A DNA stretch of 45,422 nucleotides, taken from positions 1-45,422 of the forward strand of contig JBDRCO010000123.1 of assembly GCA_043821645.1 (NCBI GenBank). The letters run 5' to 3'. The notes beneath the pieces are model-generated. The model saw nothing but the letters and a program-made list of their open reading frames with translations, made no database searches and was not told the origin of the DNA. The translations under genes and the position numbers were made by a program. Within the stretch, counting starts at the first letter, position 1. The number at the start of each line of letters is the position of its first letter. This stretch comes from Pseudomonadota bacterium (GTDB taxonomy: Bacteria; Myxococcota; JACRCW01; JAFGSX01). This document shows, one piece after another, positions 38,538 through 45,422 of the stretch.

Positions 38538-40313
38538 TCAGCGCAACTCGTGCAGGCTGTGGGCAACCCGGGCCGTCTGGTTGGGCTCGATCTTCACGGT
38601 CACTCGCATCTCACGCTTGAGCTCGGGATTGAACAGGCGCAGGGTCCGACGACCGGCGGGCAGCTCGAACTCCGTCGGGGTGATGCCCATCTTGCGCTGT
38701 CCAACCCAGACCTCGGCCCAGCCATCGGACAGGTAAACCAGGACCTTGCCCTTGCCCCGGGGAGCTCTGGGGGCGACTGTGGGCGAAGGAACCACCCCCT
38801 GGCCAGCATCGGAGACCGCCGCGTCGGCCTCCCGCACCTCCACGCCCGCGTCCAGGACCGGTGGTGTTGCAGAAGCATCCCGGCGTTGCCCAGGGATGAG
38901 GTTACTGCCGGGGTCGACGGCTCCCGATCCCGTCGGCGGATCGACGGGCTGCTCGAACCCCGACCCGGCGCTGCCCGCACTCGCCACCGGGCCCTCGGCT
39001 GTCTGGCTCGCTCTCGGCACAAGCCCGTACACCAGCGCCGTCGCCACGATCACCAGCGAGGCAGAGAGCGCGACCACCCAGCGGCGTTGCAGGCCCACCG
39101 TCGCCTCGTGCTGGGCGCGGGCCAGAGATCGAGCGGCCGCGGTCTCGATGGACGGGCTGGCCACAGGCGTCAGTGCGCGCTCGAACAGCGCTTCGTCCTG
39201 TGGCACCACGGTCGAGGTCATGGTCGTCAGGGGAACGTCCGCTGGCGCATCGATCCTCGACGAGGTGATCTGGCCTGCTGCGACCGGGGACTCGGCCCAG
39301 ACGCTGTCGTGCTCCGCATCGGGTGCGTCCTCGAAGGGTGGAAGATCCGCAACGGCCGGCAGGACCTCGGTACGAGGTCTGTCTCCGCGTCCGTCGCCAA
39401 ACAGCCGCAGTACCACGGGGCCCGGATCCAGGTCCTCGGGTCCCGGCTGTCTCTCGAAGATCCAGCGGCGCAGCGCAGCCTCCATCTCGGCCATGCTGCA
39501 GTAGCGCTGATCCCTGTCGACCCGCGTCGACCGCACCACGATCTCGGCGAGGCTGGCCGGAACCTCCGGTACCAGTTCACGCACATCGGGCACCGCACCC
39601 CGCAACGCGCTCCGCAGGATCGTCGCTTGCGATTCCCCCTCGTAGGCTCGGCGTCCGCTGAGCATCTCGAACAGCACGAGACCGGTGGCAAACTGATCGC
39701 TGCGATGGTCCAGTTCCGCCTCGCCGGCCGCCTGCTCCGGCGACATGTATGCCAGCTTGCCCTTGACGGTCCCGGTGGCGGTATGAACCATCCGGCTCGT
39801 CGCCTTGGCGATGCCGAAATCGCTGATCTTGACCTCGCCGGCAAAGGACAGCAGCACGTTGTGTGGCGACACGTCGCGGTGCACGATGTTCATGGGCATG
39901 CCGCGTTCGTGCCGCGTGTGTGCATGCCCCAGCCCACGGCACATCTCGGCAGCAATGAGCGCAGCACGCGCCGGACCAAGCGTCGCCCCCTGCCCCCGCA
40001 GGGCGTGCAGCACAGACCTCAGGTCCTTGCCCTCGACCAGCTCCATGGCAATGTAGTAGCGGTCGTCGACGACGTTGAAGTCCAGGATCTGCACGATGTT
40101 CGCGTGCCGGAGCCGTGCCGCCACGCGGGCCTCATCGATGAACATCGCCACGAAGTCCTGGTCTTCCGAGCAGTGCGGGAGGATGCGCTTGATGCATACC
40201 TCCATCTCGAAGCCACCCGGCCCCGTCGTCCGCGCCCTGAAGATCTCGGCCATGCCGCCAAGCCCGATGCGCTCGCACAGCGTGTAGCGACCAAATGCGT
40301 GCTCGCTGGTCAT
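38538..40313 (-). CDS. Membrane Ser/Thr protein kinase with a C-terminal PEGA-like domain
   Basis: IGLGGMAEI, IKR, HRDVSPHN, DFG, YMSPEQ and DHRSD; one TM; GITP...LPAGRRTL. Confidence 0.95.
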   Translation of the reverse strand: MTSEHAFGRYTLCERIGLGGMAEIFRARTTGPGGFEMEVCIKRILPHCSEDQDFVAMFIDEARVAARLRHANIVQILDFNVVDDRYYIAMELVEGKDLRSVLHALRGQGATLGPARAALIAAEMCRGLGHAHTRHERGMPMNIVHRDVSPHNVLLSFAGEVKISDFGIAKATSRMVHTATGTVKGKLAYMSPEQAAGEAELDHRSDQFATGLVLFEMLSGRRAYEGESQATILRSALRGAVPDVRELVPEVPASLAEIVVRSTRVDRDQRYCSMAEMEAALRRWIFERQPGPEDLDPGPVVLRLFGDGRGDRPRTEVLPAVADLPPFEDAPDAEHDSVWAESPVAAGQITSSRIDAPADVPLTTMTSTVVPQDEALFERALTPVASPSIETAAARSLARAQHEATVGLQRRWVVALSASLVIVATALVYGLVPRASQTAEGPVASAGSAGSGFEQPVDPPTGSGAVDPGSNLIPGQRRDASATPPVLDAGVEVREADAAVSDAGQGVVPSPTVAPRAPRGKGKVLVYLSDGWAEVWVGQRKMGITPTEFELPAGRRTLRLFNPELKREMRVTVKIEPNQTARVAHSLHELR

Positions 40314-40499
40314 CCCGCCCCAATCACCGGGGGACACGCGTCCCCGCTCCGGGTCTGCACAGGCGTTTCTTTTCCTTCGATCGTCAAGCCTAGGACCCTG
40401 CGGTTCTTCCCGCAACCGCGGTCACCGGTGATATCACCTACTCTCGTCGACGGTGCGGGCTCCAGGTAGAATGCAACTCCGATTCATAAGGAGGACCTC

Positions 40500-41027
40500 A
40501 TGCATCCACCCTTGCCAGAGGTGACCTTGCGCGCCCTGCGCGACGACGACCTGGATCTCCTCGAACGCTGGGTCCAGGTTCCCGACGTCTTTGCTTTTCT
40601 TGACGACGACACGCCACCCAGTCGAGCCCGGATCCGTGCCGAACTGCTGGCTCGCCGGCTCGACGTCCTGATCATCGACACCGCGGAAGAACCGGTCGGA
40701 TTCTTCCTGGTCTACCCCCGCCGACGGGGAGGCGTGCGTGAGTTCGACATCGCCATCCCCGAGACACGAGCCCGGCAAGGAGGTGTGGCCAAGGCAGCCA
40801 TCGCAGCCTTCGAACGCTGGGCCTTCGATGCGCAGAAACTGACCGCCGTGCACGCCAACATCTTCCCGGAAAATCGCCCCTGTCTCGAGCTGGTCCGCGC
40901 GTGCGCGTGGCCCCTGAGCCCGGTCGATCCCGGAGGTATCGAGTTCCGCGGCAAGCCCCGGGACGTCGTGTACACGCACATGAACGAGAAGCTTCTTCCC
41001 GGGGCGCGGTCGAAGCGGGGCTTCTGA
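40500..41027 (+). CDS. GNAT family N-acetyltransferase (RimJ/RimL-like)
   Basis: AGGAGG RBS; VTLRAL..DDL, acetyl-CoA loop RQGGVA, and NIFPEN. Confidence 0.75.
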   Translation: MHPPLPEVTLRALRDDDLDLLERWVQVPDVFAFLDDDTPPSRARIRAELLARRLDVLIIDTAEEPVGFFLVYPRRRGGVREFDIAIPETRARQGGVAKAAIAAFERWAFDAQKLTAVHANIFPENRPCLELVRACAWPLSPVDPGGIEFRGKPRDVVYTHMNEKLLPGARSKRGF

Positions 41028-41032
41028 ACGGC

Positions 41033-41620
41033 TCAGCGCTGGGCGAAGACGTCGACGATCAGCGTCCAGTGATTGTGCTCCGACGTCACATTGAAACGCT
41101 GTGCAGGCAGCGGCCCCTTCAATCCGACCAGGCGCAGCACGCTGCACCCCACCCAGTCGTCCCCACGGCACAGCTCTGTCATCTCCCGCCCCTCGAAGAA
41201 AACGGCAGCAAGAGTCTCGGCAACACCCGAGTTCAGGTTTGTCTCCAGCTCCCTCCGGTCCCCCAGCTGTACCAGTCTCTGGTCCTGGGTCAGGACCTGC
41301 ACGCGGTCCGGAAACTCGAATGCAGCACACACCTGCCCGATACCCTCGCCACTGTCCTCCTCGATGCCCGCTGTGAGCAGCACGAGCTGCCCTTCGCTGC
41401 GGATGCGCTCCACCCTGAGCGTGCGAGCGGTCTCGAGCTCGGCCCGTCCCGGCAACTCGCCGCCGAGGCGGAAACGGAGGGTCTCCTTGGCCAGCACCTT
41501 CATCCCATCGCCAGCCTCGCCGAGCACGCAGAGCACCACCGCAGGCTCGGGCTTGCCTCGCAGGAGACCATCGTGTCCCTTGTGAACCTCGAGGTACCGC
41601 GGCTGGATCTTCAGCTTCAT
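41033..41620 (-). CDS. Hypothetical protein
   Basis: 195 aa with globular-protein composition; fits between neighbours without overlap. Confidence 0.65.
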   Translation of the reverse strand: MKLKIQPRYLEVHKGHDGLLRGKPEPAVVLCVLGEAGDGMKVLAKETLRFRLGGELPGRAELETARTLRVERIRSEGQLVLLTAGIEEDSGEGIGQVCAAFEFPDRVQVLTQDQRLVQLGDRRELETNLNSGVAETLAAVFFEGREMTELCRGDDWVGCSVLRLVGLKGPLPAQRFNVTSEHNHWTLIVDVFAQR

Positions 41621-41644
41621 GTGGGGTCGTGCGACTCGGCGGCC

Positions 41645-42079
41645 TCAGCTGAGCTTGTCATCTAGCGTCGCGGAGCGGATGGCAAAATCAAGGGCCCTGT
41701 TGAAGGTCGAGATGTCGTGGTGCACGTTGATCTTGTTCTTGAGCACGATGTTGGCCACCTCGACACCGAATTCCACGTCTCGGGCCAGGACCAGAAGATG
41801 TGCGGACAGGAATCGATGGCGATGCACGAAGAGAAATCGCGTCAATTCGAGACGGCCGGCGGCGGTGTACCCGGAAACGTCCTTCCAATCGTGCAGAGCG
41901 TGGATCTTCCCGTGAGCCTCGAGGGCTTTCTCGGCCCACGCGATCATGGATTGCGCGATGCTCAGGCCCAGGTGGCCCTTGACCTCGAAAAGCAGGACCA
42001 GGCCCCGGTATCTGTGCATGTGAAGCACAGTGTTCTCGAGCTCGAGCCTCTCCTCGACATGAGCCTCTTCGACCGGCAT
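41645..42079 (-). CDS. Hypothetical protein (SpoIIAA/STAS-like)
   Basis: ATG follows GGGGAG; 'VKGHL...ALHDW..VSGY...R..L' pattern seen in myxobacterial STAS-like proteins. Confidence 0.6.
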   Translation of the reverse strand: MPVEEAHVEERLELENTVLHMHRYRGLVLLFEVKGHLGLSIAQSMIAWAEKALEAHGKIHALHDWKDVSGYTAAGRLELTRFLFVHRHRFLSAHLLVLARDVEFGVEVANIVLKNKINVHHDISTFNRALDFAIRSATLDDKLS

Positions 42080-42242
42080 CGCTCCCCCAAGTTCCGCCAC
42101 CGTCGACGACGGCGCGATTTGCTCTGCTCTCCTTTGTTCCCCCGGATCTCTTGACGGGTCGTGCGGCCACTCGATGCCACCCTCTTGCACGCGCACCGCG
42201 GACCACCGGGCAGCTCACGCCCCGCTCCCTGCCCAGCCAGCT

Positions 42243-42713
42243 TCAGCCCCCATCCATATCATCCTGCCATCCCGGGTCGACCTCCCCCACGGAATTGATC
42301 GAGTAGTCGTGCCTCGCGCGTTCCATCTCGAGTGACTGAAACTCGGCGCTGCGCGTACTCGGGCGACCCCGCTCGAAGCACCAGTCTACGCTGTTCTCGT
42401 ATCGATGAAAGACATCGTCCTTCATGGTCACGAAGTACTTCCAGCCATCGAATGGCGTCCGGAGGTGTATCTCCTCCCCGTCCCATCTGCACTCCAGCCT
42501 GTAGAAACCGTCCACACTTCGCCACATCCAGTCCGCTTCATGCTCCAGCCTGGTCGTGATGTGCTCGCCGTCGTACAGGAACGCCGCAGGGATGGCGAAC
42601 TCGTCCCCAAGCTCCCTGCCAAGTTTCTGTGCGCTGCGGACAGAACTCCTCGAGACCATCCAGATCCCGATGAGCGGCTTGAGTGAACGATCATTCACCT
42701 TTCCCGACTCCAT
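42243..42713 (-). CDS. Hypothetical protein (cassette-like)
   Basis: 156 aa, Trp/Phe-rich, lower GC3 than core genes; co-oriented with intI. Confidence 0.65.
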   Translation of the reverse strand: MESGKVNDRSLKPLIGIWMVSRSSVRSAQKLGRELGDEFAIPAAFLYDGEHITTRLEHEADWMWRSVDGFYRLECRWDGEEIHLRTPFDGWKYFVTMKDDVFHRYENSVDWCFERGRPSTRSAEFQSLEMERARHDYSINSVGEVDPGWQDDMDGG

Positions 42714-42925
42714 TTCCCCAATGACGCGACGACCATCTCACCTCACCAGCCCGGGACATTCGAAGAGAGACTCAACGGGTCCGGGTCTTCTCATCGATCC
42801 GGGTCAGTCTCCCAAGAGTACAAGATGATGGCAAGAAAACGAAATGACGAACTCTTCCTCTCACGCAGACCTGCCCGGAGATCCCTTCTTCCTGCTTTGC
42901 CTGCATATATTTCGGGTTCATTTTC

Positions 42926-43087
42926 CTATTCCGTAAGCACTCGATTCAATCTCCAGGCGGCGTATACTCCTACAAGACTCGCGAGACCACTTATCCAATA
43001 TGCTGACATGAAACCCAACATGCTCCCGAGCTCCCAGCCTGCCCAACCAAAAATTGAAATCACAACCAATCCCAGGAATTTTGCCAT
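42926..43087 (-). CDS. Small two-TM membrane protein (53 aa; absent from the ORF track)
   Basis: Hand translation MAKFLGLVVISIFGWAGWELGSMLGFMSAYWISGLASLVGVYAAWRLNRVLTE; GAGG RBS; low GC. Confidence 0.75.
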   Translation of the reverse strand: MAKFLGLVVISIFGWAGWELGSMLGFMSAYWISGLASLVGVYAAWRLNRVLTE

Positions 43088-43173
43088 TTCTTATCCTCTG
43101 GTGCATGCGCGCAGGAATAGTAGCAGCCTTCGCCCATGCTCCAAAGTGCCAGAAAAAAGGGAACCTTCGTGGA

Positions 43174-43246
43174 ACCTAACGCCGGCTTGTAGCGAACTGC
43201 GACACGATACGTTGGCTACTCGGTCAACCCGGTATCACATTCGTAC
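43174..43246 (-). mobile_element. Possible degenerate attC site
   Basis: Minus-strand core site GTTAGGT (GTTRRRY) at 43180-43174, preceded by an imperfect hairpin (arms 43182-43206 and 43210-43232). The inverse core is poor. Confidence 0.35.
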
Positions 43247-44223
43247 GAGCGGTCCACACATGGCGCGTTCCCATGCGCTCAATTTCTTGGAACTCGTTAC
43301 GGATCAGCAGTTCTGCTTCAGTTCCTTGTTATCATTATTCCCAACGCCTTGCCTCAAAACTCTGTGCGCAGGTTGAAAAGGGGTTTCTGCGGGTAGCGCA
43401 ATAGGAATAGTTTGTGCGGGGCTCGTCTCTCGCTGTGGGCTTGAATGTGCGCGTGGATCTGTGTTCTGGGTGTGAGAAGTGCTCACTTTGATCCGATGTG
43501 CCGCCCTTCGTTCGCCACCTGGGTAGGCTCCGCCCCATTCGGTCACATGCCCGAACCTGGGAGCTGTTGCCGGTGCTCCCGCAGCCTGCACTTCAGGCCT
43601 CCCCTTGACGTTCCGCTCGAGGTGGTGCCAGGAGCCCAGGCTGGGTCCTTGTTGGTTTTCCGAGTTTCCCCTCCCGACAGTGATCGGCAACCGAGAAAAA
43701 ACACACGCATTATACAGAGTTCTGTGGACTCGAGGAAGCAGGGCGCTGTCGTCATAAAGGAAGGGAGCGGTGTCGATGTGCATCCTGATTCCGGCCTGGT
43801 GGTGTGGCGGAGGGGACGCGGGTCGCGACGAGGCGGACGTGCCCTGGGGGCACTGCCTCAAATCCTGGGCATCACACATGCTCGCTCGAGCGCATGAAGC
43901 CTGTTGACCTGGTGCGCCTTGACCGTGTGGGCCTGTGCTGAGTTGAGCCAGATCGCGCCGTGTTCGACAAGAACGTGGTGGAGAGGAGCGCCTGCGGAAG
44001 TCACCGGAACCAGCAAGAGGTCCTCTGCAGGAGGCCATTGTTGTCGGGAACGCCGGAGGCCACATCGATGACGACTTCGGTAGTGGTATTGCGGATCTGT
44101 CGCTCGGTGTCGTGAAGGCAGCGCACTGCGAGCACAGAGCGCCCGAACAGGTGGAGTGCCCGTCCGCTGCCTGGCTTTCCAGGGAGTGGGATACCGCCCA
44201 CGGCGAAGCCTTTATGTGGCACG

Positions 44224-45255
44224 TCAGGACTCCGTGCTGCGATAGGGTGCCAATTCCCGTGACCCTCCCAGGATCCTGTCCGCCGGACTGATGACTCCCC
44301 GACCTCCACGATTGAGCACGTGTGTGTAGATCATCGTCGTGGATACATCGTCGTGACCGAGCAGTTCCTGAACCGTCCGGATGTCATATCCGTCCTCGAG
44401 CAGATGGGTCGCGAAGGAGTGTCGGAGCGTATGGCAGGTCGCGTTCTTGTGAATGTCCGCGTCACTGACGGCCCGCTTCACTGCACGCTGGAGCACGGCC
44501 GGGCTCATGTGGTGCCGGCGCGTCTCGTCACTGCGGGGATCCTCGGACAGGCGCGGCGACGGGAAGACCCAGAACCAGGACCACGAAAAGGGCGCCTCGG
44601 TGTACTTGCGATCGAGGGCTGTGGGCAGCCACACGCCGGGCCCACACCGCTCGCGGTCCTGTTCATGAAGAGAGCGAACCTGTGCAAGGTGCTCGTTCAG
44701 CAGCGGAAGCAACACGCCGGGCAGGACCGTGACTCTGTCTTTTTGACCCTTGCCGTCGCGGACCAGGATCTCGCGGCGCTCGAGGTCCAGGTCCTTGATG
44801 CGCAGCCGGAGGCACTCGCGGAGACGCAGACCGGAGCCGTACAGGATGCGGGCTGCCAGTCCCATGGCGCCGTCGATGCGCTGGAGCAGGCTGTGTACCT
44901 CACGTCGCGTGAGCACCACGGGCAGGCGCTGCGGAGTCTTCGCGCGGATCACGTCGTCGACACGGTCCAGAGGCTGACTCAGAACGTATCGGTAGAGATA
45001 GATGAGAGCGGACAGGGCCTGGTTCTGAGTGGCAGCGGCAACATGCAGGTCCACCGCAAGGTGGGTAAGGAAGATGTTGATCTCCAGCTCGCCCAGTTCG
45101 CGGAGGTCTCGCTTCTTGTGAAAGAGGATGAAGCGCTGGATCCAGCCCAGGTAGGCCTGTTCGGTGCGGTAACTGTAGTGGTGCGAGCGCAGCCTGTGCT
45201 GCAACTCGACCAACAGTCGCTCCTGATCGCTCGACGACAGGACATGACCTTGCAT
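44224..45255 (-). CDS. intI: Integron integrase
   Basis: [32 protein letters not shown], the integron-specific insertion (VWLP.AL.RKY...W.WFWVFPS...RRHH) and [12 protein letters not shown]...[19 protein letters not shown] 45255 follows GGGAG. Confidence 0.96.
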   Translation of the reverse strand: MQGHVLSSSDQERLLVELQHRLRSHHYSYRTEQAYLGWIQRFILFHKKRDLRELGELEINIFLTHLAVDLHVAAATQNQALSALIYLYRYVLSQPLDRVDDVIRAKTPQRLPVVLTRREVHSLLQRIDGAMGLAARILYGSGLRLRECLRLRIKDLDLERREILVRDGKGQKDRVTVLPGVLLPLLNEHLAQVRSLHEQDRERCGPGVWLPTALDRKYTEAPFSWSWFWVFPSPRLSEDPRSDETRRHHMSPAVLQRAVKRAVSDADIHKNATCHTLRHSFATHLLEDGYDIRTVQELLGHDDVSTTMIYTHVLNRGGRGVISPADRILGGSRELAPYRSTES

Positions 45256-45422
45256 GTGGGTCTCCCTTCGAACACCGTGGTCGGCAGCAGTGCACTGCAG
45301 GAGACGGGCCAGCTCGGAATGACTCGATGAAACCGGGCGCAGTGGAGGCATGAGGAGCAGGCTGCTGTGGCGATTTGCGGCGGTCTGGCGCATTCTGCCG
45401 CGTGGTTGTGAGTGCGAACGAG

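Noticed and set aside
42825-43376. 183-aa plus-strand ORF
   Set aside because: S/R/P-rich with no family signal; it overlaps the more convincing 53-aa minus-strand gene and the attC-like hairpin.
44320-45330. 336-aa ORF antisense to intI
   Set aside because: Mirror frame of the integrase with no independent evidence.

Overview
High-GC bacterial chromosome segment with a myxobacterial (Myxococcota/deltaproteobacterial) gene repertoire: a TIGR02266 domain, MYXO-CTERM-like tails, FHA, PEGA-kinase, PilZ, MshEN and HD-GYP proteins. Housekeeping genes are rnc, queG, murJ, an IHF/HU subunit, tRNA-Arg(CCT), apt, a comEA-like gene, hutH and alaS. They are interleaved with envelope and signalling genes, and the window ends in a lower-GC island next to an integron integrase. 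Four signals most deserve follow-up. (1) Two unlinked genes without signal peptides each sit behind an AT-rich sigma54-type promoter, and the two promoters share a 9-mer. One gene encodes a glycine-zipper protein with a type III secretion needle/tip-like C-terminus; the other encodes a LysM protein with a toxin-like beta-rich domain and is followed by a TPR gene. (2) A promoter-defined two-gene unit pairs a protein carrying both a lipobox and a C-terminal Cys/TM/basic sorting tail with a motif-degenerate Lgt paralogue. (3) A multi-hairpin, terminator-ended putative sRNA upstream of rnc recalls myxobacterial Pxr. (4) An intI has co-oriented downstream cassette-like genes and degenerate attC-like hairpins. 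All family assignments come from motif recognition by eye; no searches were run.
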